From the NCBI GenBank assembly GCA_963816185.1, contig CAWFJJ010000008.1, forward strand, positions 343,010 through 407,009: DNA of 64,000 nucleotides, written 5' to 3'. Position numbers and translations under genes: made by a program. This DNA is from Thermoanaerobaculia bacterium (lineage in GTDB: Bacteria; Acidobacteriota; Thermoanaerobaculia; UBA5066). The notes below the pieces were generated by a model. That model was not told the DNA's origin, searched no databases, and was given only the letters and a program-made list of their open reading frames with translations. Of the stretch, positions 19,375 through 28,816 are shown piece by piece. Position 1 is the first letter of the stretch. Each line of letters begins with the position of its first letter.

Positions 19375-22203
19375 ATGCGGAGGAATCCCCGGATGCGTCG
19401 ACACGTGTTCGCCCTCGCTCTCCTAAGCGTTCTCGCGTTTCCCGCCGCCGCCGACGAGATCTTGCGCCTGCCGGGCATGCGCATCGGCGGCACCGTGACG
19501 CGCGACTCGCGCGGAATCCCGCACATCACCGGCTTCACGGAGTGGGACGCCCACTTCCTGACCGGCTACGTGCAGGCGCAGGACCGGCTCTTCCAGATGG
19601 ATTACTCCCGCCGCCTGGCGAGCGGCACACTGGCCGAGCTGCTCGGCCCCGCCGCGCTCTCCAGCGACGTCCAGCTCCGCGCGATCGGCCTCCGCCGCAC
19701 GGCGTCGAGCGCGATGAACATCATCTCGAAGGAGGCGCGCGAAGCGCTCCAGGCGTACGCGCTCGGCGTGAACGCGTGGGCCCTCTCGCACCCGCTGCCG
19801 CCGGAGTACTCCGCGCTCGAGATCACGAAGTTCGAGCCCTGGACGGCGCTCGACAGCCTCGCCTTCGCGAACCTCTTCCTCCTCGGCCAGTTCTTCGACG
19901 ACAGCGACGCGGGCCGGACGCAGGCGTTCCTGACGTACCAGGGGACGGGTGCGGCCGCGGGCTTCGACGGCACGAACCTCTTCTTCGAGGATCTCGCTCG
20001 CTTCGAGCCTTTCGACCACACGACGACGCTGCCCGCATCCTCCCTGCGTGCAGGCCGCACGTCGGAGCTCGCGAAGCCGCGAGCGACTCGCGCCTTCTAC
20101 GCGCAGGCCGAGGCCCGGGCGCGGCGCCTCCTCGATCTCGGTGTCGACGGCCTCATCTCGGACTGGCTCGCGAAAGTGGACGCGGCGCCCTACTTCAAGG
20201 AGGCCCTGAACCGGGGGAAGGACCGCGGCTCGAACGAGTGGGGCATCTCCGGGAAGCTCTCGGCGAGCGGCAACCCGATGATCGCGAACGACCCGCACCT
20301 CTCGCTCGGCTGGCCGTCCACGTGGTACCCGATGGCCGTGAAGGGCGGTCCGATCGACGCGACCGGGATGGGCGCGGCCGGCGTTCCGTTCGTCCTCGTC
20401 GGCCAGACTCCGCGCATCGCCTGGGGCGCCACGAACAACCCGACAGACGTCACGGACATCTACGTCGAGTCGCTCGTCCCCGATCAGGGCTCCCTTGCCG
20501 GGTTTGCGACGACATACAAGGGCAACAAGGAGAACGTCCTCCCGATCCCGGAGGTGTTCCGCCAGAACAACCCAGGCGACGGGATCAACGACGACATCAC
20601 GGTTGTCGCGGCGACCGGCGCCATCCCGCCCGCGACGCTCATCGTGCCGCGTCGCAACTTCGGCCCGATCATCTCCCTCGACCTCACGCACATGACGGCC
20701 TTGTCCCTGCAGTACGCCGGAACCGCGGCGACGCGTGAGATCGATGGATTCCGCATCTGGAACACCGCGAAGTCGGTGGACGACTTTCGCCGTGGTCTCA
20801 CCTACCTGACCGTGGGCTCGTTCAACTGGGCCGTCGCGGACGCGGACGGGAATCTCGCTTACCTCACGAGCGGCGAGCTGCCGCTCCGCGAGGACCTGCA
20901 GGCCAACGCGCCGAAGGGCCTGCCGCCGTACTTCCTGCGCGACGGGACCGGCGGCAACGAGTGGCTGCCGCGCACGAACGTCTATCCGAACCAGGCGCTC
21001 AACTTCGAGATCCTGCCGCCGTCGGAGCGGCCCCAGTCCGTGAATCCCGCTGCCGGATGGTTCGCGAACGCGAACAACGATCCGATCGGCGTCACGCTCT
21101 CCAACAACCCGCTCGGCCGGCAGCGTCCGGGCGGCGGGATCCTCTATCTGAATTACGGGTACGACGGCTTCCGGTGCGCGAAGATCACGCAGGACATCCA
21201 GAAGAAGCTCGCGTCGAGCGGGAAGATCTCGTTCGACGACATGAAGGCGATCCAGGCGGACGACCAGCTCCTCGACGCGCAGGTCTTCGTCCCGTACATC
21301 CTCGCCGCGTGGGATCGCTCCAACGGGTCGTCGGACCCAGGGCTTTCGGGAGAGGCTTCCAACACGAGCGAGGCGGTCACGAGGCTTCGCGCGTGGGACA
21401 TGTCGACGCCGACGGGCCTGACCGAAGGGTACGACGCCGGGAAGCCAGCGGGCACGGCGCCGACGCAGGCGCAGATCGACGCGAGCGTGGCCGCGACGCT
21501 TTACTCCGTTTGGCGGGGACGCTTCGCGGTGAACGTGATCGACCATACGCTCGCACCGTTCCACCTCTCACCGCCCGGGAACGACCAGAATTCGACGCTT
21601 CCCTCTCTGCGCCACATGCTCGAGAATTTCCAGGCGCAGCAGGGGATAGGCGCGTCGGGCCTGAACTTCTTCAACGATGGCGGCATTCAACAGGGTCTCA
21701 GCTACACCCCGGATCAGGCGCGGGACTACATCATTCTCGATTCCCTGAGCCGGGCGATCGCCCTGCTCCGGAGCGACGCGTTCGCGCCCGCGTTCGGGAA
21801 GTCCGCGAACCTCGCGGACTACCGTTGGGGGAAGCTCCACCGGATCACGTTCGCGCACCCGCTCGGCGGGCCGTTCAGCGTGCCGCCCGGGAACGGCGCG
21901 TTCCCGGCTCCGCTCGCGGGCCTGCCCGGCATTCCGCGCTCGGGCGGGATCGGAACGCCAGACGTCGGCAACCATCCAGTCCGCGCGAGCACCGTGAACG
22001 GGTTCATGTTTGGATCGGGACCCTCGCGCCGGTACGTCGGCGAGGTCTCGACCTCGGGGATCCACGCGGAGACGAGCCTCCCGGGAGGCGTCAGCGCGCT
22101 TCCGACTTCCCCCTATTACGTCAACTTGCTGCCCATCTGGCTCACGAACGGCACATATCCCGCCGAGCTCGCCGGCGGTCCGACGCTTCCGTGGGCGCCG
22201 TGA
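19375..22203 (+). CDS. Penicillin acylase family (Ntn hydrolase), exported
   Basis: RDSRGIPHI, GYVQAQDRLFQMD, GSNEW nucleophile, ANDPHL, NANND; start may be 19330-19393. Confidence 0.9.
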   Translation: MRRNPRMRRHVFALALLSVLAFPAAADEILRLPGMRIGGTVTRDSRGIPHITGFTEWDAHFLTGYVQAQDRLFQMDYSRRLASGTLAELLGPAALSSDVQLRAIGLRRTASSAMNIISKEAREALQAYALGVNAWALSHPLPPEYSALEITKFEPWTALDSLAFANLFLLGQFFDDSDAGRTQAFLTYQGTGAAAGFDGTNLFFEDLARFEPFDHTTTLPASSLRAGRTSELAKPRATRAFYAQAEARARRLLDLGVDGLISDWLAKVDAAPYFKEALNRGKDRGSNEWGISGKLSASGNPMIANDPHLSLGWPSTWYPMAVKGGPIDATGMGAAGVPFVLVGQTPRIAWGATNNPTDVTDIYVESLVPDQGSLAGFATTYKGNKENVLPIPEVFRQNNPGDGINDDITVVAATGAIPPATLIVPRRNFGPIISLDLTHMTALSLQYAGTAATREIDGFRIWNTAKSVDDFRRGLTYLTVGSFNWAVADADGNLAYLTSGELPLREDLQANAPKGLPPYFLRDGTGGNEWLPRTNVYPNQALNFEILPPSERPQSVNPAAGWFANANNDPIGVTLSNNPLGRQRPGGGILYLNYGYDGFRCAKITQDIQKKLASSGKISFDDMKAIQADDQLLDAQVFVPYILAAWDRSNGSSDPGLSGEASNTSEAVTRLRAWDMSTPTGLTEGYDAGKPAGTAPTQAQIDASVAATLYSVWRGRFAVNVIDHTLAPFHLSPPGNDQNSTLPSLRHMLENFQAQQGIGASGLNFFNDGGIQQGLSYTPDQARDYIILDSLSRAIALLRSDAFAPAFGKSANLADYRWGKLHRITFAHPLGGPFSVPPGNGAFPAPLAGLPGIPRSGGIGTPDVGNHPVRASTVNGFMFGSGPSRRYVGEVSTSGIHAETSLPGGVSALPTSPYYVNLLPIWLTNGTYPAELAGGPTLPWAP

Positions 22204-22214
22204 GGGAGATCGCA

Positions 22215-22847
22215 ATGAAGAGGACCATTCCCGCCACGCTCGGCCTCGTCCTCATGCTTCTCGCCGGACCCGCCGCCGCGCAGGTCCGGACGGAGATCGG
22301 GTTCGTCGGCACGTGGATCCACTCGACGACGACGACCGTCACGGACCCGACCTTCGACATCGGCGTCAAGTTCGAGAACGGCGGCGGAGGCGGCCTTCTC
22401 GTCGACGTTCGCCCGGTGCGGTTCTTGTCGTTCGAGGCGTCCGGGTTTTTCACGCGGCAGAGCGGCGCGATCACGGCGAGCGGCTCCACGCTCGTTTCCG
22501 CCGGCAGGCTCGACGCGATCCCCGTCGTCCTCGAGGCGAAGCTCCATCCGTTCGGGGACGGGGCGTTCGACTTGTACGTCGGCGGCGGCGGGACGTACGT
22601 CTTTTTCCAGAATCTCTCCGACGCCGGGTTGGACGCCGCCGGCATCGGTGTCGTGAAGGTGAAGGACAAAGCGGGTTTCGTGGGAAGCGCGGGATTCAGG
22701 ATCGCGTTCTCCCCGCACGCGGCGTTCCTCGCCGACGGGAAGTATCTCTGGGTCAAGCCCGAATCCCAGGCTGCGTCCGGCGGTCCGCAGACGGACCTCA
22801 AATGGAACCCGCTCCTCGTGTCGGCCGGGTTCGGCTTCCGGTTCTAG
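22215..22847 (+). CDS. OmpW-family outer-membrane beta-barrel
   Basis: GGGAG RBS; signal peptide; amphipathic strands; NPLLVSAGFGFRF terminus. Confidence 0.82.
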   Translation: MKRTIPATLGLVLMLLAGPAAAQVRTEIGFVGTWIHSTTTTVTDPTFDIGVKFENGGGGGLLVDVRPVRFLSFEASGFFTRQSGAITASGSTLVSAGRLDAIPVVLEAKLHPFGDGAFDLYVGGGGTYVFFQNLSDAGLDAAGIGVVKVKDKAGFVGSAGFRIAFSPHAAFLADGKYLWVKPESQAASGGPQTDLKWNPLLVSAGFGFRF

Positions 22848-22882
22848 GCGGGTCTCACGCCGGACTCAGGGAGGAATGAGGA

Positions 22883-23998
22883 ATGAGCGGGGTACGCGTA
22901 CTCGTCGGCACGAAGAAGGGCGCCTTCATCCTGACCTCGGATGGAAAGCGCGAACGGTGGGACGTCGGCGGTCCCCATTTCGCGGGCTGGGAGATGTACC
23001 ACCTCAAGGGATCGCCCGCCGATCCGAATCGGCTCTACGCGTCGCAGACGAGCGGCTGGTTCGGGCAGCAGATCCAGCGCTCGGATGACGGCGGCAGGAC
23101 GTGGGAGCCCGTGGGGAACAAGTTCGTGTACGACGGCGTCCCCGGCACGCACCAGTGGTACGACGGGACGCCGCGCCCCTGGGAGTTCAAGCGCGTCTGG
23201 CATCTCGAGCCGTCGCTGAAAGATCCCGACACCGTCTATGCCGGCGTGGAGGACGCGGCCCTGTTCCGCACGACGGACGGCGGGAAGACGTGGCAGGAGC
23301 TCCCCGGCCTGCGCGAGCACGGCTCGGGCCCCCGCTGGCAGCCGGGCGCGGGCGGGATGTGCCTTCACACGATCCTTCTGGATCCGAGCGAGAACGGCCG
23401 GATCTTCATCGCGATCTCGGCCGCGGGCGCGTTCCGGACCGACGACGCCGGCAAGACGTGGAAGCCGATCAACCGCGGACTCGTGTCCGCGCAGATCCCC
23501 GACCCGACGGCCGAGGTCGGCCACTGCGTCCATCGCATCGCGATGCACCGGTCGCGCCCCAAGGTGCTCTTCATGCAGAAGCACTGGGACGTGATGCGCA
23601 GCGACGACGCCGGCGAGTCGTGGCACGAGGTCAGCGGAAACCTGCCGACCGACTTCGGGTTCGCGATCGACGTCCACGCGCACGAGCCGGAGACCATCTA
23701 CGTCGTCCCGATCAAGAGCGACAGCGAGCACTTCCCGCTCGACGGAAAGCTGCGCGTCTACAGGAGCCGGACGGGCGGAAACGAGTGGGAGGCGCTTACG
23801 AACGGCCTGCCGCAGCGCGACTGCTACGTCAACGTCCTGCGCGACGCGATGGCCGTGGACTCGCTCGATTCGTGCGGCGTCTATTTCGGCACGACGGGCG
23901 GGCAGGTCTACGCATCCGCGAACGCGGGAGACGCCTGGGCGCCGATCGTGAGGGATCTCCCCGCCGTCCTGTCCGTCGAGGTCCAGACGCTGCCGTGA
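22883..23998 (+). CDS. BNR/Asp-box beta-propeller (sialidase-like) protein
   Basis: Repeated SxDGGxTW motifs; no signal peptide. Confidence 0.85.
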   Translation: MSGVRVLVGTKKGAFILTSDGKRERWDVGGPHFAGWEMYHLKGSPADPNRLYASQTSGWFGQQIQRSDDGGRTWEPVGNKFVYDGVPGTHQWYDGTPRPWEFKRVWHLEPSLKDPDTVYAGVEDAALFRTTDGGKTWQELPGLREHGSGPRWQPGAGGMCLHTILLDPSENGRIFIAISAAGAFRTDDAGKTWKPINRGLVSAQIPDPTAEVGHCVHRIAMHRSRPKVLFMQKHWDVMRSDDAGESWHEVSGNLPTDFGFAIDVHAHEPETIYVVPIKSDSEHFPLDGKLRVYRSRTGGNEWEALTNGLPQRDCYVNVLRDAMAVDSLDSCGVYFGTTGGQVYASANAGDAWAPIVRDLPAVLSVEVQTLP

Positions 23999-24291
23999 TC
24001 CGGGTCGTCCTCCCGGTGCATCTCAGGACGCTGGCGCGCGTCACCGGCGAGGTGACGCTCGACCTCGAGGGCCCGGTCACGCAGCGCTCGATCCTCGAGG
24101 CGCTCGAGGCGCGCTACCCGATGCTGCGCGGCGCGATCCGCGACCACGCGACGCAACGGCGCCGGCCCTTCGTGAGATTCTTCGCCTGCGCTGAAGACGT
24201 GTCTCACGAGCCGCCGGACGCTCCGCTGCCCGAAGCGGTCGCGACGGGGGCCGAGCCGTTTCTTGTCGTGGGGGCGATGGCGGGAGGGTGA
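23995..24291 (+). CDS. MoaD/ThiS-family ubiquitin-like protein
   Basis: GTGA overlap with upstream stop; 98 aa beta-grasp pattern ending AMAGG-stop. Confidence 0.85.
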   Translation: MIRVVLPVHLRTLARVTGEVTLDLEGPVTQRSILEALEARYPMLRGAIRDHATQRRRPFVRFFACAEDVSHEPPDAPLPEAVATGAEPFLVVGAMAGG

Positions 24292-24363
24292 CGGGTTCGC
24301 CACTGGTAACATTCGAAGGCAGGCTGCTTCCCTCACGCCCGGCTGCGAACGCGAGGAGGCGCG

Positions 24364-24966
24364 ATGTTCTGCGACAAATGCGGTAAGCGCGTCGCTGCGG
24401 ACGCCCAGTTTTGCGCCGGTTGTGGAGCGCCGATCCTCGGCCGTGCCGCGCCGTCGCCATCGAAGCCCCATGACGATCGATCGCCTCTGGTCCTGCGGCC
24501 GGTCTTTCTGCCCGTGCCGACTCTCTTGGCCATCCTTGCGCTCGCCGCCTTCGTCAGCACGTGGGCCGGCGGTTTCCTGGGGGTCGTCGGCTTCATGCTG
24601 ATTGCGGCTTTGAAGCTTTCTATACCGCAGTATGTGCCCTTTGTTCTGGGCAGCGGTCTCATCTTCTTGATCTTTACATCCGTTGCTTTCCCGCTCCGGA
24701 AGAAGTCCTACCGAAAGATTGAATATCGATTTTTTCCGGACCGCGTGGAGTACACCTCGGGACTCTGGACGATCAACAAAGAGACCCTTCCTTACAGCAG
24801 GGTGGCCGACGTCACGATGGTGAGCGGTCCCTTTCAGAAGCCTCGGGGGCTGGGGACGATCATACTCAAGACGATCGGCGGCTCGGGCGCCAGCGTCTCC
24901 ATCCGAAACATCCCCGAACCAGACCAAGTCTACGATCAGGTGCGCGCGATGATTCTCAATCGTTAA
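24364..24966 (+). CDS. Zinc-ribbon + membrane + bacterial PH domain protein
   Basis: MFCDKCG...FCAGCG; two hydrophobic helices; YSRVADV...GPFQKPRGLGTI. Confidence 0.8.
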   Translation: MFCDKCGKRVAADAQFCAGCGAPILGRAAPSPSKPHDDRSPLVLRPVFLPVPTLLAILALAAFVSTWAGGFLGVVGFMLIAALKLSIPQYVPFVLGSGLIFLIFTSVAFPLRKKSYRKIEYRFFPDRVEYTSGLWTINKETLPYSRVADVTMVSGPFQKPRGLGTIILKTIGGSGASVSIRNIPEPDQVYDQVRAMILNR

Positions 24967-24970
24967 TTGG

Positions 24971-25432
24971 ATGTTTTGCCACAAGTGCGGAGCGCGCGTG
25001 ACCCCCGACGGCCAATTCTGCGGCTCCTGCGGCACAACGATTGCCCGAGAGCCCGCCTCCACCTCCTCAAAGGTCAGCGAGGATCGCCCGGTCCTCGTGC
25101 TGCACCCGCTTGCGCTGCTCGTCGTGATCGCGGTCCACGCCTTCGTTCTCTGGATCGGAAAGAAAGCCTACTCATTGATGGAGTGGCGGTTTTACAAGGA
25201 CCGACTGGAGTACACCATCGGGATCTTCGGCGGAATCAGGGAGACGATCCCGTACGCAAGGGTGGCCGACGTGAGCTTGACCAGGGGAGTGATTCAGAAG
25301 CGGCGAGGGCTGGGGACGATCGTCATCACGAGTACAGGGGGCCAGAGGGACGCGGTCACCGTCAGCGATATAGAAGACTCGGAGAACGTCTATGAGCAGG
25401 TCCGCGCCCTCGCCCTCGCGCGCCAGGTGTGA
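24971..25432 (+). CDS. Tandem paralog: zinc-ribbon + bacterial PH domain protein
   Basis: MFCHKCG...FCGSCG; YARVADV...QKRRGLGTI; only one hydrophobic helix. Confidence 0.78.
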   Translation: MFCHKCGARVTPDGQFCGSCGTTIAREPASTSSKVSEDRPVLVLHPLALLVVIAVHAFVLWIGKKAYSLMEWRFYKDRLEYTIGIFGGIRETIPYARVADVSLTRGVIQKRRGLGTIVITSTGGQRDAVTVSDIEDSENVYEQVRALALARQV

Positions 25433-25468
25433 TTCCTAACAAGGTGAGAGGGTGGCAATCCTTACAAG

Positions 25469-25483
25469 TGGCCCGTTCATTGC
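25469..25483 (+). promoter_or_regulatory. Putative sigma54 promoter of sodC
   Basis: TGGCCCGTTCATTGC, GG-N10-GC, 25 nt before the start. Confidence 0.6.
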
Positions 25484-25507
25484 TCAAGAGCCGAAAAGGA
25501 GGAACTG

Positions 25508-26032
25508 ATGATGGTGACACTCAAGACGCGTCGATTTCTTCTTCTCGCCTTTTCAACCGCGCTGATCACCGGCTTGGCCGCCGCGAAGGGGAACACCAGC
25601 AGCCGGGCGGCGATCGAGCCGAAGTCCGGCAGCGCCTTGACCGGATCCGCCGTCGCGACCGAGAAGGATGGCGGCGTCGAGATCGTGGTCGACGTCTCGG
25701 GCGCGACGCCCGGGCTGCATGCCGTACACGTCCACGAGAAGGGCGACTGCTCGGCGCCCGACGCCGCGTCGGCCGGCGGGCATTTCAATCCGACGCACGC
25801 CGCCCACGGGGCTCCCGACGCGCCCGCGCATCACGCCGGCGATTTCGGAAACATGAAGGTCGCCGAGGACGGAAAGGGACACCTCGTGATCACGACGAAG
25901 ATGCTCACGGTAGGCCCGGGCCCGCACTCCGTCGTCGGGCGGAGCATCGTCGTCCACGAGAAGGAGGACGACATGAAGTCGCAGCCTGCCGGCAACTCCG
26001 GAAGCAGGGTCGGCTGCGGCGTCTTCAAGTGA
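25508..26032 (+). CDS. sodC: Periplasmic Cu/Zn superoxide dismutase
   Basis: HAVHVHEKGDC, GGHFNP, HAGDFGN, VVHEK, GSRVGCG; signal peptide; AGGAGG RBS. Confidence 0.93.
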   Translation: MMVTLKTRRFLLLAFSTALITGLAAAKGNTSSRAAIEPKSGSALTGSAVATEKDGGVEIVVDVSGATPGLHAVHVHEKGDCSAPDAASAGGHFNPTHAAHGAPDAPAHHAGDFGNMKVAEDGKGHLVITTKMLTVGPGPHSVVGRSIVVHEKEDDMKSQPAGNSGSRVGCGVFK

Positions 26033-26048
26033 GCGGCCGGCGAGGGAT

Positions 26049-26540
26049 TCACAGGGTTCGTCGCGGCGCGCAATCGCAATATTGCAGGCCCTGCTCGGGC
26101 AGCGTGGGCAGCAGCATGAGCGCGGGTGTCGGTTCTATGACCTCGGTCGCGAAAACCATCATCCACCGAAACGGCACTGGACTCTCGTTTCTCCGGGCCG
26201 GCTCGTAGACGTCAGCCTTGAGTGTCCTGGCGGCCCAGTTGCCGTACTCCTGGGCGCTCGTCGCGACGACCTCGACGTTCTCGACGCGGCCTTCGGGGTT
26301 GATCGTATACCGCACACAGGCCCAGCCCGCTCTCTCAGCTTGTGGCGCTTCTGCCTTGGATCGCGGTTCCAACGCTAAGGGTTCTCTTCGAACCAGCCTT
26401 GGAGGCGTGACATCCGGCTCGGGGGCGATTTTGTAGGGCCGACAGCGGTCCATGGCGAGCGCCGTGAAAGGGAGACGGGCCGACGTGGTGCAGCCGGAAA
26501 GGACGATGAGAACTGGGATGAGCAGGCGTTCGGCCCTCAT
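26049..26540 (-). CDS. TonB C-terminal domain lipoprotein
   Basis: LSGC lipobox; GWACVRYTINPEGRVENVEVV...YEPARRNESPV. Confidence 0.72.
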   Translation of the reverse strand: MRAERLLIPVLIVLSGCTTSARLPFTALAMDRCRPYKIAPEPDVTPPRLVRREPLALEPRSKAEAPQAERAGWACVRYTINPEGRVENVEVVATSAQEYGNWAARTLKADVYEPARRNESPVPFRWMMVFATEVIEPTPALMLLPTLPEQGLQYCDCAPRRTL

Positions 26541-26668
26541 TTCATCCCCCCGCAGCTGACAATATAGGTGCAGGCTCTATCGGGCCGCAATCGCATCTTC
26601 ACCTACCGGGGTCGTCACCCCTTTTCTAACCGAACAGCTTTGCGACTTTTCGGGCTTCGCTTCGGCGC

Positions 26669-27121
26669 CTACGGTTTCTTCGCCGACGGGCCATTTTGGG
26701 CCACCGCGGCCTTCACGAGCGCCTTGAACGCGCCCGCGTCGACCTTCTCCCCTTCGTGGATGTCGATCGCCCTTCGCGTGTTGCCTTCCAAGCTGGAATT
26801 GAAGAGGCGCGATGGGTCTGGGATCCTGGCCCCCCGGGCGAACGTGAGCTTCACGACCTTCGTGTACGCCTCCCCGGTGCAGACAATCCCGTGGTGCGAC
26901 CAGACCGGAGTGCTCCACTTCCACTCCTCGGTCATCTCGGGGTCGGCTTCCAGGATCAGTACCCGCATGCGGGCCAGGGTCTCCCCGCGCCATCCCCCCA
27001 GGTCCCGGATCCGCTGGTCGATGAGCCGGGAAGCGGGTTTCCCGGTCGCGCCTGCCTTCGGCGGGGCGATCGCGGCCTCTTTCTTCGGCGCCTTTCCGGC
27101 CTTCGTTTTCGGACTTTTCAT
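26669..27121 (-). CDS. DUF1801 domain protein
   Basis: WRGETLARMR...EEWKWSTPVW...VKLTFARGA...FNSSLEGNTRRAID. Confidence 0.85.
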   Translation of the reverse strand: MKSPKTKAGKAPKKEAAIAPPKAGATGKPASRLIDQRIRDLGGWRGETLARMRVLILEADPEMTEEWKWSTPVWSHHGIVCTGEAYTKVVKLTFARGARIPDPSRLFNSSLEGNTRRAIDIHEGEKVDAGAFKALVKAAVAQNGPSAKKP

Positions 27122-27176
27122 CTGGTCTCCCCCGAGTGCCGAAGCAGTGTACGTCTACCTCAGGAGGCTACATAAG

Positions 27177-27208
27177 GTGGTGAGCAGCTGAACGGCGATC
27201 GAACCGTC
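27177..27208 (-). repeat. Degenerate copy of the tRNA-Ala 3' end (att-like direct repeat)
   Basis: GTGGTGAGCAGCTGAACGGCGATCGAACCGTC aligns to tRNA segment GTGGTGGAGCTGAACGGGATCGAACCGTC (28154-28182) with small indels. Confidence 0.7.
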
Positions 27209-27301
27209 CGCCGGCCACGTGGTCACGATTACACAAGTCTTATGTAATAGAGCAAATCTGCCTCGTCGTTGCTTCGCCCAAGCGCTTCTAAACTTGAGCC
27301 A

Positions 27302-27688
27302 ATGGCACGGAAGCGGAAGAAGAAACCGGGCAAGACGGAGACGCTCGGGGATCGGATTCGGCGCTTTCGGATCGCGAAGGGGCTGACACAGGCCGAGCTC
27401 GCGGCGCAGATCGGCGTGCCGCAGCAGACGATCACTTACTACGAGGTGCGTGGCGTCTCGCCGCCACCGGCGCTGCTCGTCGCGATCGCCGACGCGCTCG
27501 ACGTCTCGACCGACATTCTTCTCGGCCGCAAGAAGGCGCCCGGTGACGGGGGATCCGCGCCTGCGAGCAGCGTGCAGCGGCAGAAGCACCTGAAGAAGCT
27601 CGACGCGCTGCCCCCACACGACCAGAAGGCCGTCTTCAAGATCATCGACGCGTTGGCGGAGCGACGGGCGAGAAGCCGCGGCGACTGA
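27302..27688 (+). CDS. XRE-family HTH transcriptional regulator
   Basis: LGDRIRRFRIAKGLTQAELA...IADALDVSTDILLG. Confidence 0.87.
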   Translation: MARKRKKKPGKTETLGDRIRRFRIAKGLTQAELAAQIGVPQQTITYYEVRGVSPPPALLVAIADALDVSTDILLGRKKAPGDGGSAPASSVQRQKHLKKLDALPPHDQKAVFKIIDALAERRARSRGD

Positions 27689-27756
27689 CGGCCCGCGACG
27701 TCACGCCGCGCAGGGGAGCGGGTAAGAGAGCTGGGGCTCGCGCGCTGCGCGCGGCG

Positions 27757-28107
27757 TCACCCGTGGGCCAGGCGATGTGTCGCGCTCGGCTTTTCTTTCG
27801 AGGCCGCGATCTTCTCGAGCGACCGGCCGATTTCCTGGACCGAAACCCCCGTCTTCACGAGCGCCTTCACGAGTAGGTCGATCGAGACGGTCTTGTCGGC
27901 CGCTTCCATCTTTGCGACGCGCGGCTGGCTCGATCGGACGATCTTTGCGACTTCGACCTGGCTCAGCCCAGCGCGGGTCCTTTGTGCCCGGAGCCGCTTC
28001 GCGAGAGCGACCTTCACCTCGATGATGGCCATGTCCTCGTCCGAGAGACCGAGAAAGTCCCGAACCGTGACAACCTTCCAGCCGGGGCCTGACACATTGG
28101 GGAGCAT
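27757..28107 (-). CDS. HigA-like XRE antitoxin, apparently orphan and possibly N-terminally altered
   Basis: GWKVVTVRDFLGLS...LSQVEVAKIVRSSQPRVAKMEAADKTVSIDLL; no toxin ORF upstream. Confidence 0.7.
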   Translation of the reverse strand: MLPNVSGPGWKVVTVRDFLGLSDEDMAIIEVKVALAKRLRAQRTRAGLSQVEVAKIVRSSQPRVAKMEAADKTVSIDLLVKALVKTGVSVQEIGRSLEKIAASKEKPSATHRLAHG

Positions 28108-28154
28108 ATCAGAACTGATATCGACTACTCAGGGGGATCGAGGAAGGATCAAAG

Positions 28155-28231
28155 TGGTGGAGCTGAACGGGATCGAACCGTCGACCTCCTGAGTGCGATT
28201 CAGGCGCTCTCCCAAACTGAGCTACAGCCCC
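28155..28231 (-). tRNA. tRNA-Ala (anticodon CGC)
   Basis: GGGGCTG/CAGCTCC acceptor stem with G3:U70, anticodon arm CCTGA-ATCGCAC-TCAGG, GGTTCGATCC T-loop, encoded CCA. Confidence 0.97.
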
Positions 28232-28251
28232 ACCCGTTCGAAGAGGCGGCG

Positions 28252-28280
28252 AGATTAGCGGGACGCAGACTGCCCGTCAA
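28252..28280 (-). promoter_or_regulatory. Sigma70-type promoter of tRNA-Ala
   Basis: TTGACG-17 nt-TAATCT on minus strand. Confidence 0.7.
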
Positions 28281-28297
28281 ACGGCGCGAGCGCGCGG

Positions 28298-28816
28298 TCA
28301 GCTGCCTATCGAGCGGGGCCCTTCCGTCAGCTTGCGGTTGATCGCGCGGAAGATTCCTTCGATGAGAACATCTTCGCCGAGAATGGTCCTGACGAAGAAG
28401 CGGACCACCCGTGATCTGATCGTGGCGTCCTCGACGATCGTGACACGCGTCGTGTCGCCGTTGGGCGAGAGGACGATCGTCCACGTGCCGGAATACGCGA
28501 GGCCGGGCTCGACGGTCTTCACGACGAGCTGGACGGGCGGCCGCTGGGTCGGAGCTTCGATCTTGATCGGCGAGCCGAGGACCTCCAGCGTGGCGGGCAC
28601 GCGGTTCTTCTCGGCCGGGCTCTCGATGTTGGCGAGGTCCGAGCGGTCCCACGGGAGCTGGCGGATGGAAAGCAGCGCGGTCCAGACGCGCTCGGGACGC
28701 GCGTCGTAGACGCGCGACGCCTTCGCGACGTGCTCCGCTCTCATTCCCGCACCCACGACGAGGACGATGAGTACGAGGCCGACGAGGACGGCGGTGAACG
28801 TGAGAAACCTTTTCAT
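28298..28816 (-). CDS. SRPBCC/START-like domain membrane-anchored protein
   Basis: N-terminal helix; ARPERVWTAL; YSGTWTIVLSPNGDTTRVTIVE. Confidence 0.72.
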   Translation of the reverse strand: MKRFLTFTAVLVGLVLIVLVVGAGMRAEHVAKASRVYDARPERVWTALLSIRQLPWDRSDLANIESPAEKNRVPATLEVLGSPIKIEAPTQRPPVQLVVKTVEPGLAYSGTWTIVLSPNGDTTRVTIVEDATIRSRVVRFFVRTILGEDVLIEGIFRAINRKLTEGPRSIGS

